The translations under genes were made by a program, and so were the position numbers. A stretch of DNA of 64,000 bases from an uncultured Alphaproteobacteria bacterium (GTDB lineage: Bacteria; Pseudomonadota; Alphaproteobacteria; ATCC43930; CGMCC-115725), in assembly GCA_963795485.1 (NCBI GenBank), contig CAWCIL010000007.1, positions 275,066 through 339,065 on the forward strand. The letters run 5' to 3'. This document shows, one piece after another, positions 53,404 through 64,000 of this stretch. The notes beneath the pieces were generated by a model. The model did not search any database, was not told the DNA's origin, and saw only the letters and a list, made by a program, of their open reading frames with translations. Numbering within the stretch: the first letter of the stretch is position 1; each line of letters opens with the position of its first letter.

Positions 53404-53652
53404 ATGCCGTTCACCGTGGAAATCGTTATCGCACGCGATCAGCTGGCCAGCCGCATGGCCCAAATGCGCCTCTGGCTCGACGAAGCGAACTCGCAACCGA
53501 GTTCATTTCGCTCGATCGGCGCCGACACGATCCAGGTGATCTTTCCGCAGCACCAGCAAGCAATCCGCTTCGCTCGCGAGTTTCGCGGCAATCTGCGGGC
53601 TATCGGCCGTGATCGCGCGTTCCTGGCCACCAGACCATCCGGCGGCTGCTGA
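53404..53652 (+). CDS. Hypothetical small protein
   Basis: MPFTVEIVIARDQLASRMAQMRLWLDEANSQP...; ORF only. Confidence 0.3.
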   Translation: MPFTVEIVIARDQLASRMAQMRLWLDEANSQPSSFRSIGADTIQVIFPQHQQAIRFAREFRGNLRAIGRDRAFLATRPSGGC

Positions 53653-53683
53653 AACCGGCGTATAACCCGGTCAACCGGCGACA

Positions 53684-54713
53684 ATGGCGAGCTACCCCAA
53701 GTACACGACGACCGTCATCGGCGCTTACAGCGTGCCGCGCTGGTACGAGGCGCTCGATCGCCTGATCACGATGGGGCAGCTCCAGCCGGCCGACATGGCG
53801 GACGCGCAATTCCGCACCATGCAAGCCGCCGTGCTGGAGCAGGAAGCGGCCGGCATCGACATCATCACTGGCGGCGAGGCGCACCGGCGTTCGCACAACC
53901 GCAACTCCCCGCCCAATGCGATGCTCAATCACTTCTGTGACCCGCCCGAAGCCGATCACGCCTTACGACCTGAACGTGACGCATCCGGCGGCGACATGTA
54001 CCGGGCCGATTTTCGATACGACCGACCTCGGTCTGGTCGATGAATTCAAGACGGTTTCCGAGTTTGCCCGTCGCCCGGTCAAAATAACGATGACCGGGCC
54101 GCATTTCCTGACGGCGGTGACCTATGACGAGCATTACCAAGACCCGAAGCGGATGATGCTCGATGCGGCAAAGCTGCTGAACAACAATCTATGTTGGCTG
54201 GCCGAGGCCGGCTGCAAGCACATCCAAATCGACGAGCCCTATTTGACGCCACCGAGCGACGAAGAGGTCCGCAGCGCGGTTGAGGCGATCAATCTGGCGA
54301 TCGAGGATCTGCCGCGCGATGTCCATGTGTCGCTGCATGTCTGTCAGGGCAACTACGCCGTAGGTCCCGATTACGACGGGCAGATCGGCCACCGCTATTT
54401 TGACACCGGCCGGTACAAGGCTGATCTGATCTGCCAAATCCGCTGCCATTCCTATCTCGTCGAGCACGACCGGGTCGGCGCGTTCGAGGCGCTGCTGGGG
54501 AACCAGCAGCTTGGTGTCGGTGCGGTCGACGTGCAGTCGCCCAATATCGAAACAGGCACGGTGATCGCCGCGCGCATCCGCGCGCATCCGTGGCTGGCGC
54601 CGGAGCAGACGATCATCACCGGCAACTGCGGTTTCAACCATCTGCCTCGTCATATCGCGCTGGGAAAGATGCGCGCGATGGTCGAAGCCAAGGCGCTGCT
54701 GAGCGCGGACTAG
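53684..54713 (+). pseudogene. Cobalamin-independent methionine-synthase-II-like (Meth_synt_2) protein with 1 frameshift near 53935
   Basis: MASYPKYTTTVIGAYSVPRWY...IITGGEAHRR...MLNHF then a frame change to VTRPKPITPYDL...KHIQIDEPYL...VSLHVCQGNY... Confidence 0.75.
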
Positions 54714-54727
54714 CAAAAGCACGCGTG

Positions 54728-57381
54728 ATGAGCGACGAGCGCCCGGACCGGCAGCAGTTCGATCGCCGCCTGTGGGAAGCCCAAGAGCGGTTCCGGGTGG
54801 CGCAAACGGCGGGCGGGATTGGGTGGTTCGAGTGGGATCTCGTAACCGGCGCTTGGGAATGGACGGCGCCGGTTGCTGCCCTCTTCGGCTTCGCGGCCGA
54901 CGAGCCGCGCCCGCGTTTTTCCGACTGGGAGCACGCCATTTTCATCGATGACGCGCCGAAATTGTTGGAGGCGGCAAAACAGGCGCAGCAGAGTGGAGTT
55001 TTTTACGCCGAATTCCGGGTCAGCCACGGCGACGGCGCGATCCACTGGATCGCCGGCAAGGGCGAGATTCCGCGCGGTGAGACGGGAGAGGCGCGGTGGC
55101 TGGCCGGGGTTTTTTACGAGATCACCGAGCGCAAGCGGCTGGAAGCACGGCTCCTCGCGGTGAACGAAACCCTAGAGGCGCGCATCGCCCAGGTCCAGGA
55201 GGAAGCGCGAGACTCTCGAAATCATCAACCGGACGGGCGGCATCCTGGCGAGCGAACTCAGCCTGGAGCGGCTGGTGCAAACCGTGACCGACGCCGGCGT
55301 CGAACTCAGCGGCGCCGAATTCGGGGCGTTCTTTTACAATGTCATCGAGGAAAGTGGCGAGGCGTATCGGCTTTACACGCTTTCCGGCGCGCCGCGGGAG
55401 GCGTTCGAAAAGTTTCCGCAGCCACGCAATACGGCCGTGTTCGGGCCTACCTTCAGAGGCGACGATCCGGTGCGGTCGGACGACATCCAGGCAGATCCGC
55501 GTTATGGCAAAAACCCGCCTTATCACGGTATGCCGCCCGGCCACCTGCCGGTGCGCAGCTATCTCGCATTGCCGGTCAGGTCACGATCCAGCGAGGTGCT
55601 CGGGAGCCTTTTTTCGGGCATTCGCGGCCGGGCGTCTTCAGCGCCAGAGCCGAACGCATGCTCGTCGCGGTCGCTGCGCAGGCAGCCATCGCCATCGACA
55701 ATGCGCGCCTCTATGAAACGAGCCAGCACGAGCTAGTCGCGCGCCGTCAAGCCGAGCAGGACTTGAGCGCTCTGAACGATACCCTGGAACAGCGGATCGA
55801 GCAGCGCACCCGCGAAATCCGGGATGTCTTTGCCCAGCTCGACCAAAGCGAGCGCCAGTTTCGTCACCTGGTCGATAGTGTCGAAGACTACGCCATTTTC
55901 ATGCTCAATACGGAAGGCGTCGTTATCAGCTGGAATGCGGGGGCGGAACGCATCAAGAAGTACACGACGGACGAGATCATCGGACAGCACTTTTCCAGAT
56001 TCTATACCGAAGAGGACCGCGCCAGCGGGCTGCCTCAGCTCGCGCTCGACACAGCGCAGCGCACGGGCCGGTTCGAGATGGAGGGCTGGCGCGTACGCAA
56101 AGGCGAAGAGCGGTTCTGGGCAAGCGTCACGATCAACTCCGTGTATGACGACGCGCGGCGCTTATTGGGCTTCGCAAAGGTGACCCGCGACTTGACCGAG
56201 AAGCAGGTTGTGGAAGACCAGTTGCGTCAGATGCAGAAGATGGAAGCAATTGGTCAGCTCACTGGCGGCATCGCGCACGACTTCAACAATATGCTGACGG
56301 TCATCGGCGGGAATATCGAGACTCTGCAACGGCGGCTGGAGAGGGATGACAGTTCTCATCGGCTGATCGCGGCCGCGTTGCGTTGCGTGGAGCGGGCGGC
56401 GACGCTGACGCACCGGCTATTGGCCTATTCGCGACAGCAGCCGCTCGACCCCAAGCCGCTCGACCTCAATCGTCTGATCATCGGCATGTCCGATCTGCTG
56501 ACCCGCACGCTGGGCGAGCATATCAAGGTCGAATCGGTACTTTCAGGGGGCCTATGGCAGGCATCGGTCAATTCCAATCAGGTCGAGAATGCCGTTCTCA
56601 ACCTGGCGCTCAACGCCCGCGATGCCATGCCGGGCGGCGGCCGGCTGACGATCGAAACAGCGAATACGTATCTGGATGACGCCTACGCGCATGCTCACAC
56701 CGAAGTCGCTGCCGGCCAATACGTCATGCTCGCCGTCAGCGATACCGGCGTCGGCATGACGAAAGATGTCAGCGAAAAAGCGTTCGAGCCGTTCTTTACC
56801 ACCAAAACTCTAGGAGAGGGGACTGGCCTTGGGCTATCGCAGGTCTACGGCTTCGTCAAGCAATCGGGCGGGCACATCAAGATCTACAGCGAACCGGGGA
56901 AGGCACGACCGTACGGATTTATTTCCCGCGGGTGAACGCGATGGCGGACGCCATTGAGGACCCACGCCGACCGCCGCGGATATCGCTACTCGGGGGCGAG
57001 GAGACCATCCTTGTCGTCGAAGACGATACCGATGTCCGGACGTATACCATTGGAATCCTGCGAGAACTCGGGTATCGGGTGTTGGAGGCGCACGAGGGCG
57101 ACACCGCTCTCAGCTTGTTGGCGACCGAGCCCGACGTCAAACTGCTGTTTACCGATATCGGCCTGCCAGGACCCTTTAACGGGCGGCAGCTGGCCGATGA
57201 AGCGAGCAAGCGCCGGCCTGACATTAAGGTGCTGTTCACGACCGGCTATGCCCAGAACGCGATAATCCACCAGGGACGGCTCGATAGCGGGGTCCAATTG
57301 ATCATAAAACCTTTCAGCTTTGCCGGTCTGGCGGCGAAAATCCGGCAAATGCTCGACAGCCGCGTTCGGCCGAATAGGTAA
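54728..57381 (+). pseudogene. PAS-GAF-PAS hybrid histidine kinase with C-terminal receiver; 3 frameshifts
   Basis: The GAF domain is readable only in the frame of track ORF 55275-55736 ([21 protein letters not shown]...[10 protein letters not shown]). HisKA EAIGQLTGGIAHDFNN. HATPase ...GLGLSQVYGFVKQSGGHIKIYSEPGK, then a shift to GTTVRIYFPR and the receiver domain (ILVVEDDTDVR...LLFTDIGLPG...IKPF). Confidence 0.8.
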
Positions 57382-57384
57382 TTC

Positions 57385-57640
57385 TCAAATCACGATCCGC
57401 CTGACCACCTCGAGGCTGACCTCGTCGCGGCGGCAATCGTAGAGCTGTCTCGTGCGTGTCGAAGCGTGATTTGCCACGCCGCGGCTTTTTTTTGCACGGA
57501 AGCTGTGGTTGCCGAGCTTGGTTTTAACGCCGGCCGCCGCGGCGCGGCGGCGGGCAATCGCATAGGCGTTCGCCTGTGGCAGCACGTGCGAGTCAGCCGG
57601 GTGGTGCCGCGGCCGATCGTGCGGCACAGCGGCCCGCTTA
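57385..57640 (-). pseudogene. Tyrosine integrase C-terminal relic with internal deletion
   Basis: ANAYAIARRRAAAAGVKTKLGNHSFRA[gap]ANHASTRTRQLYDCRRDEVSLEVVRRIVI*, compared with the neighbouring integrase C-terminus. Confidence 0.55.
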
Positions 57641-57688
57641 CGCCGACCATATCTGTTGGCGCAGGGGGGGTAAGTTCGTCGTCTATCC

Positions 57689-58682
57689 TCATATATTGAT
57701 CCGTTCGATCTCGTCGAGCGTAATCGCGTCGTCGGTGCGGTCGTAGAGCTTCGTCGTGCGCGGGCTTTCATGCGCGGCCATGGCCTGGGCGTTCTCGAGG
57801 GTGCCGCCGGCCTCCAGATAGGCGGTGATGCCGGTCGCACGGAACACGTGGCAGCCGAGCTTGACCTTGAACCCCGCATGGGCCGCGCGCCTTCGCACCA
57901 TGCGGTAGGCGTCGACGCGGTTCATCGGCTTGTCAGTCAGCTTGCCGGTCTTGCAGCGCCGAGTGGAAGAGGGGGGTCTTGCCGGCCTCGCGGATCCCGG
58001 CCGCAGCGAGATACTCGTCGATGAAGGCTTCCAGTTTGTGATGCGCCGGCATCTCGTGCCGCTTGCCGCCTTTCTCGTGGAGGCGCACCCACCAGCGCTT
58101 GCCCTCGGGGTAGTAGTCCTCGACCTTCATCGCGACGACGGCGCCGATGCGGGCGAAGGCATACGTCATCACGCCGATCAAAGCGCGGTCGCGCAGGCCG
58201 ACGACGGTCGCGGTGTCGATGCTGTCGAGTAGACGGCGGGCCTGGTCCTCGGTGAGCACCGGGGTCTTGCCGCGCCGCACGACATGCTTAGGCCCGCGCA
58301 CCGCATGCGCCGGGTTGACGGCGAGGACCTGGCCGACCACCAGCCAGTCGAACAGCATGCGGATCGCCGCGAGGTGCAATTTGACGGTCGGCTTGGCGGC
58401 CGTCGTCTGCAGCACCTCTATATAGGCGGCGACATGGATGGGCTCGATGTCGGCGAGCCCGCCGATCTCGTGCCGCTCGACCCAGGCAAAGAAGTGGCAC
58501 GCGGCCCGGTGATAGGCCATGCGGGTGTTCTTGTTGCGGATCGTGGCGGCGAAGAATTCGATGAAGCGGCGCGCGGCATGATCGCCGACGTCGGCGATCA
58601 CCGCAGGGATCACCAACGCGCCTGCTGGCGATGCCGGCCGGCCAGGCTGGTTCCTGACCGCCGGGAGGAGAGCGTCAGCCAT
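57689..58682 (-). pseudogene. Tyrosine recombinase/integrase with a single 1-nt deletion near 57958
   Basis: MADALLPAV...AARRFIEFFAATIRNKNTRMAYHRAACHFFAW...GLRDRALIGVMTYAFARIGAV...HEKGGKRHEMPAHHKL, then a frame change to GKLTDKPMNRVDAYRMV...HVFRATGITAYLEAGG...HESPRTTKLYDR. Confidence 0.8.
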
Positions 58683-59016
58683 GACCTTCTTCCTCCGTGG
58701 TCGCCAGCAGGCGTTTGAAGAAATTGTCCGCATCGAAGGCCGGCAGATCGTCGAGCTCGATCAAAGGCTCGGCTGCCGACGCCTCCAATACGGCTATCGT
58801 GATTTTGCTGCCGCCATCACCGCCCGGAAGCGACCAATTCCTGAATTCCGGGCGGGTCGAGAGCCGCGCGAGCGCCTGGAACCGCCAATCGATTGCCGCC
58901 ACCCGCGCACTCACTTCGGTCTCACCGAACATCCGAATCAGACAGACTGCACGCGCCCCGATGTCTTTGCGGTCTTGGGGCGGCAGCGCGCTGATCGCCT
59001 CAAGCGCACACTCCAT
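58675..59016 (-). CDS. Hypothetical protein, 8-nt overlap with the integrase start
   Basis: 113-aa ORF; operonic overlap only. Confidence 0.4.
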   Translation of the reverse strand: MECALEAISALPPQDRKDIGARAVCLIRMFGETEVSARVAAIDWRFQALARLSTRPEFRNWSLPGGDGGSKITIAVLEASAAEPLIELDDLPAFDADNFFKRLLATTEEEGHG

Positions 59017-59244
59017 TTCCGCCGCCGATACCCCTTGCGCTCAAAATCTGCTCGACGATCCCCGACATGAATCCTCGTTTCTCCGGCGTAGTGTAACATA
59101 ACGTCCTTTTTATGTTACTCAAAGCTCGGCTGATTTACACGGAGATAAAGGACATTATCAAATATAGGCGCGGCGGCAACAGAGCGGCGGCCCGACCGGT
59201 GTTCCCGATTCCCGAACCGCCGCCCGTGATAACCTCGTCTCGGC

Positions 59245-59586
59245 CTACTCCGTAGCCACCTGCCGCCGCCGACCTCGTCGCGGCCGCGCCGGTGTTTCCG
59301 CCTCGGCCCGCTTGCGACCGAGCCCGAGCTCTTTTGCCAGCGCCGAACGCCGCTCCGAATAGGCCGGTGCCGTCAGCGCATGATCCGTCGCAAGCTTCCA
59401 GCGGGCGCGATAGGCCGCCGGTTCGAGCCCGTGCGACATGCGCAAATGCCGGCGCAGGGTTAACGCGCGAAACCCGCATTCGAGACACACGACATAGTCG
59501 GGCTGCACCGAGCGCCGGATCGGCACCGCCGGCGTCAATGCTTCCCGCAAAGCTGCCGGCGCATCCTGGCCAAGGCCGCTGAGCGT
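59245..59586 (-). pseudogene. mucR: MucR/Ros-family zinc-finger regulator, C-terminal part (split by IS630)
   Basis: PAVPIRRSVQPDYVVCLECGFRALTLRRHLRMSHGLEPAAYRARWKLATDHALTAPAYSERRSALAKELGLGRK. Confidence 0.8.
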
Positions 59587-60766
59587 ATGATACCCACCTG
59601 AATTGATGCTGACTTGCCAAAGGAATTGCGTCGGTGGCTGGTGGCGAGTAGCAGATGTTGTGGTTTGGGGACGGGGGAACCGCAATGTCTGCTCTGGTGA
59701 TCCGGGACGACATCAGTTCGGAGGAATTGCGCCGGCAGGCCCGGCGGGAACGTGACGGCCGGGTCAGCGCCCGGCTGATCGCGATTGCCAACGCGCTCGA
59801 CGGGATGGACCGGGCGAGTGCGGCGCGGTTGGCGGGAATGGATCGGCAGACCTTGCGCGACTGGGTGCACCGCTACAACGCCGAAGGGCTTGCCGGGCTG
59901 TGCGACCGACCGAAGCCGGGGCGCCTGCCCAAGCTGAGCGAGGGTCAGATGGCCAGCCTGAAAGCGATTGTCCTGGCCGGTCCCGATCCGGCGAAGCACC
60001 AGGTCGGGCGTTGGCGGATCGTCGATTTGTGTCGGTATGTCGAGGAGCGCTGGGCGGTCAGCTACAGCGAGACCGGGATGCTGCGGCTGTTGTGGTCGCT
60101 CGACCTGAGCCACCGCAAGACCCGGCCACGCCACCCGCAAAGCGACGAGAAGGCCCAGCAAGCCTTCAAAAAAGGGGGTTTGCTGCTTGCCTGAACGAGA
60201 TTGCCGCGGCCCATCCTGAGGCGCAGCGGTTTGAGATCTGGAGCCAGGACGAGGCCCGGGTCGGGCAAAAGGGACGCACCGGCTATGTCTGGTGGCAGCG
60301 CGGCCATACCCCGCGCGGGCGGCGCGATGTCGGCTATCAGTCGGCCTGGATCATCGGTGCCGTCTGCCCGGCGCGCGACACCGGGGTGGCGCTGGTGCTG
60401 ACCCGGCTCGACACCGCGGCGATGAACCTGTTTCTCGCCGAACTCTCTCAGGCGGTGGCCCCCGGCGCGCATGGCGTGGTGCTGATGGACAAAGCGGGCT
60501 GGCACACCGCCGGCGAGCTCGGCGTGCCCGAAAACCTCAGCCTCGTCTTCCTGCCGCCCTATTCACCCGAACTCAACCCGATCGAGCGGCTGTGGCTGCA
60601 TCTCAAAGACAATCACCTCACCCACCGCGTGTTCCGCACCGCCGACGAGATCATCGACAGCTGTTGTGCCGCGTGGAACTGGCTGCTCGGCGAAACCGGC
60701 CGCATCCGTTCGCTATGCTCCTATCCCTGGTTCACACGGGTTAGCACTTAATCAGGTCGGTATGAT
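59587..60766 (+). mobile_element. IS630-family insertion sequence with two-ORF transposase (apparently intact)
   Basis: Imperfect IRs: ATGATACCCACCTGAATTGATGCTGAC versus the reverse complement of GTTAGCACTTAATCAGGTCGGTATGAT. TATGAT is present at both edges (contains the TA target). ORF1 59685-60194 (HTH) and ORF2 to 60751 (DDE: SQDEARVGQKG...LVFLPPYSPELNPIERLW). Confidence 0.85.
60168..60178 (+). promoter_or_regulatory. Putative -1 programmed ribosomal frameshift site (A6G5) joining IS630 ORF1 and ORF2
   Basis: ttc aaa aaa ggg ggt (ORF1: FKKGG...stop) versus caa aaa agg ggg ttt (ORF2: ...KRGFAACLNE). ORF2 is in the -1 frame. Confidence 0.6.
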
Positions 60767-60886
60767 GCACCGTCGCAATCAAGCTCCCGATCTGATCGAT
60801 GCCAATCGGGTTGTTCCCGACGTAGCTGCTGACGATCTCGGCCACCAGGCCGAGATCAACTTTCGGCGGGCTGCTGGCGTCGGCCA
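60767..60886 (-). pseudogene. mucR: MucR/Ros-family regulator, N-terminal part (split by IS630)
   Basis: MADASSPPKVDLGLVAEIVSSYVGNNPIGIDQIGSLIATV... joins in frame to ...TLSGLGQDAPAALREALTPAVPIRR when the IS is removed. Confidence 0.8.
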
Positions 60887-61089
60887 TTCTTCCATCCCCT
60901 CACGAATTTGGTTGCGGCCTATGTCGGTTGACCAGCGGGTGTTTGCAATTCGTACCTGAAAATATTCCGATCCACTCGGATTTTACTGAAGATATTTTCA
61001 TCAAAATCGGCCGTCGAAAGAATTAGGCTTTTTTTATGCAGATTTTGACGCATGAGAAAAGCACGATTTACGACTGACTATGCACGGGT

Positions 61090-61200
61090 CGGCGCACCCA
61101 TCGCTGCGAAATCATCGAGACCGGCAACGAGCCCTGGCGCTTCAAGCGCCCGAAATCCGCGCGCTGCTCCCCTCCCTCCTGTAATCGAAACAGCTTGGCG
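61090..61200 (+). mobile_element. istB: IS21 istB extreme C-terminal relic
   Basis: RRTHRCEIIETGNEPWRFKRPKS resembles the IstB tail (THHC.I.ETGNES.RFK). Confidence 0.45.
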
Positions 61201-61502
61201 AAAAGAGCCATTCTGCCCTTAACGGCGCAATGGCTCGCCACAGGATGCGGCCATGAAAACCATGTCGGCGCGCGAGGCAAAGAATGCCTTCGGTCTGATG
61301 ATCGACACCGCCCGTTGCTGCGCGGCGAACAGGATGAGAGGAGCGCGTCAATCAGGATGAGAGAACCTCGCCGGATGAGCGACGGAAGGAGGGCGTAGCC
61401 CGACTGACGTTGCGAATGCGGCGAACGGCGCGGCCCTGGAAGGGGCGCGTTGGCTGGCGGTCACGGCCGGCCGGATAGGAGGCGGGTTCTTCATGCCGAT
61501 GA

Positions 61503-61838
<336 letters not shown>

Positions 61839-62079
61839 TGACCGCCTCATTCCCGGAGAGCCGCAGCGAGCTTGTCGCCCCCGATATGTCGCCGGTATCG
61901 ACGGTGTTCGGTCCGCCGATGGTAACGGCCATCGAGCCGTTAGGATCCACCGGATCGGCGTAAGCCGGGCCGGCGATCATTGTTGCGCCGATCGCGGTGG
62001 CGTCGCCCCACAGCATAAATCCCGATCGCTTCACATTCGCCTCCTCAACTGATCCCCGTTACTGCTGACCGATGCGGCA

Positions 62080-62260
62080 TTTAGGGTCGGAGCGATCAGC
62101 GTTTGGAACCGCGCCGATTTTGAGGCGATGAACCAGGCCATAGCATTGCGTCGCTTGCGCCCGGTCATTGACCGGACCTTTCCGTTCGCCGCGGCACAGG
62201 ACCTCTACCGCCACTTCGCGGGCTGCGGCCATTTCGGCAAGGTCGTCATCACGCACTGGT
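62080..62260 (+). pseudogene. Zn-dependent alcohol dehydrogenase/quinone oxidoreductase, C-terminal fragment
   Basis: LRPVIDRTFPFAAAQDLYRHFAGCGHFGKVVI. Confidence 0.5.
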
Positions 62261-62444
62261 TGACCGGTTACCGGATCCCCCGCGCTCCCGGTCATATGGC
62301 GCGATCCTCGAGCCCGACAGTGATAAGCGGGGGCGAGGCCACCGAGGGTTGGGTTTTGTCCAGGCGGTAATTCGCAGACCTCTCTCTCGCGTTCGTCATC
62401 GTTGGCGATGGACGTCAGGTTTGGCGACTGGGGCGGCGCAAGGG

Positions 62445-62576
62445 CTATCGAAGCTGTGAGTTTGCCGCGGGATTGGATGGAGGGCCGGCAATAATCGGCG
62501 GCCGGAGCATCGCATATGCGGCAATACCAATGATCAAGAAAATTGGGATCAGGATTGGCGGAACGAGGTATTTCAT
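62445..62576 (-). CDS. Possible 43-aa single-TM protein (below the ORF-track cutoff)
   Basis: MKYLVPPILIPIFLIIGIAAYAMLRPPIIAGPPSNPAANSQLR*; read by hand. Confidence 0.3.
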   Translation of the reverse strand: MKYLVPPILIPIFLIIGIAAYAMLRPPIIAGPPSNPAANSQLR

Positions 62577-62664
62577 GATCTTTCTCGTCAAAGAGAACTG
62601 GTTGACGGCACCCGCAGCCCTGGCTTTTTGATCCGTCCGGAGCCTCCCGGGCGCGCCGCCGGCA

Positions 62665-63069
62665 TCAGAATCGCCACATGCTGAAGAGCACCGCCGCTGC
62701 GAGAAGGCAAGCGAGCCAGATCACAGCGTGAGAATGTTTCTTGTCCTTCGCACCCGCCGGCTCCCGGCCCCAGGTGGCCGGCTGCCCGCGTGCGGGCAAA
62801 AGCTCCACCAACCGCTGGCTGATGGTCAAATTGTCGGATAGCTGCGATCGATCGATCGACAATCGAGCGATCATCGGCGCGAGCGCCTCGACCGCGCGGT
62901 TCCTCGGCAAGGCTGCGAGTCGGGCGCCCTCCTTCCACGGATCTAGACCAAGCCGCGTGAAAGCCGAGACGACGTTGAGCGGCATTCCATTTTGCTCATC
63001 GCCGACTGATGCGAAGAGAAAATTGTTCAGATCCGAATGGAGCAGGGAAAATCGAGCGGGTAGCGCCAT
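62665..63069 (-). CDS. Conserved hypothetical protein with C-terminal TM anchor
   Basis: MALPARFSLLHSDLNNFLFASVGDEQNGMPLNVVSAFTRLGLDPW...; I recall similar hypotheticals across Hyphomicrobiales. Confidence 0.55.
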   Translation of the reverse strand: MALPARFSLLHSDLNNFLFASVGDEQNGMPLNVVSAFTRLGLDPWKEGARLAALPRNRAVEALAPMIARLSIDRSQLSDNLTISQRLVELLPARGQPATWGREPAGAKDKKHSHAVIWLACLLAAAVLFSMWRF

Positions 63070-63087
63070 GATCCCTCCTGCATGTCG

Positions 63088-63303
63088 TCAGCGAACGGCT
63101 GACGCCGTGGCGATTCCCCCAGCGAGCTGCCGCTGGATGACCCCGAGCACCCTGATCCAAGATTTCGCCTGGGCGGCTTGACCCGCGAGCGCCGCGGCAC
63201 GGGCATTGCCCCGCGCCACGGCGGCGGCCTTTGTCCCGTGCACGTCAATCATGTCGCGGGCGAGTATCTGGTTGTCGGGACCATCGGTCATCGAGCGCCC
63301 CAT
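63088..63303 (-). CDS. Hypothetical 71-aa protein
   Basis: ORF lying 19 nt upstream of 62665-63069 on the same strand. Confidence 0.4.
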   Translation of the reverse strand: MGRSMTDGPDNQILARDMIDVHGTKAAAVARGNARAAALAGQAAQAKSWIRVLGVIQRQLAGGIATASAVR

Positions 63304-63404
63304 TGATTACTGAAGGCCGCGAGAAAAGTAGGCAAGGGCCATCACCTCCCCTGCTTTAAAAAGGAGAGGCGAGGTCCTTCCACCGCGCAATGGAGCGGGA
63401 CGGC

Positions 63405-64000
63405 TTAGTAATCCATGCCGCCCATGCCGCCCATACCACCGCCAGGAGGCATGCCCGGTGCACCCTTGGGCTCGGGCCGGTCGCCGATCATCGCTTCGGT
63501 GGTGATCAACAGCCCGGCGACCGAGGCGGCATCCTGCAACGCGACCCGCACGACCTTGGTCGGATCGATGATCCCGGCGGCGACCATGTCCTTGTACTCG
63601 CCGGACTGTGCGTCAAAGCCGAAATTCGGGTCGTTCCTGTCGGTCAGCTTGCCGACCACGATCGAGCCCTCGACACCGGAATTCTCGGCGATCTGTCGGA
63701 CCGGCGACTGGATGGCCTTGCGGACGATCCCGATGCCGACCTTCTGGTCATTGTTCGCGGGGTTGAGGCCGGCCAGCACCTTGCTCGCAAACAGCAGCGC
63801 CACGCCGCCGCCGGCCACGACACCTTCTTCGACCGCTGCCTTCGTCGCATGCATGGCGTCGTCAACACGGTCCTTGCGTTCCTTCACCTCGACCTCGGTG
63901 CTGCCGCCGACGCGGATCACCGCGACCCCGCCCGCGAGCTTGGCCAAGCGCTCCTGCAATTTCTCACGGTCGTAGTCGGAAGTGGTCTCCTCGATCTGCG
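63405..64000 (-). CDS. groEL: Chaperonin GroEL, C-terminal part (continues beyond window)
   Basis: ...[54 protein letters not shown]...[10 protein letters not shown]. Confidence 0.95.
   Translation of the reverse strand, partial: QIEETTSDYDREKLQERLAKLAGGVAVIRVGGSTEVEVKERKDRVDDAMHATKAAVEEGVVAGGGVALLFASKVLAGLNPANNDQKVGIGIVRKAIQSPVRQIAENSGVEGSIVVGKLTDRNDPNFGFDAQSGEYKDMVAAGIIDPTKVVRVALQDAASVAGLLITTEAMIGDRPEPKGAPGMPPGGGMGGMGGMDY

Noticed and set aside
61253-61360. 35-codon ORF MKTMSAREAKNAFGLMIDTAR..., resembling a Phd/YefM antitoxin N-terminus
   Set aside because: Only about 20 residues look antitoxin-like, after which the sequence degenerates. No toxin partner is present. It is probably another relic.

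Overview
High-GC alphaproteobacterial DNA; the lineage call rests on a permuted two-piece tmRNA and an SspB-alpha-type adaptor. The window has three parts.

(1) 1-14.4 kb is conserved core. It holds phosphoketolase (5' partial), DUF3775, an amidohydrolase, an AraC relic, thyX, pqiABC, two-piece ssrA, sspB, class I fumarase, and an ECF sigma / anti-sigma / Spy-like / Tat-exported reductase cluster.

(2) About 14.4-62.4 kb is a roughly 48 kb mosaic accessory region dominated by mobile-element debris and frameshifted genes.
- IS relics: three IS1595-family elements (two with intact IRs and their own 8-bp target duplications), an IS66 remnant with a group II intron nested antisense in tnpC, two IS91 relics, and IS3, IS21 and IS1380 relics.
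- Apparently complete IS: one IS4-like element, and one IS630 element that splits a mucR/ros gene.
- Recombinases: two tandem large-serine-recombinase modules (one intact, one decayed), two small resolvases and three tyrosine-integrase relics.
- Cargo: a dead oprB porin with gntK and an MFS gene; an AT-richer GDP-D-rhamnose/glycosyltransferase/methyltransferase locus (gmd intact; rmd and both GT genes frameshifted); and a hybrid histidine kinase whose long ORF hides compensating frameshifts.

(3) 62.4-64 kb returns to core: three small ORFs and the groEL 3' part.

I found no CRISPR array, rRNA or canonical tRNA. The best candidate for a poorly described system is the repeated three-ORF serine-recombinase module at 23.0-31.9 kb. 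Everything is inferred by eye from translation and motif recognition, so boundaries of relics are approximate.
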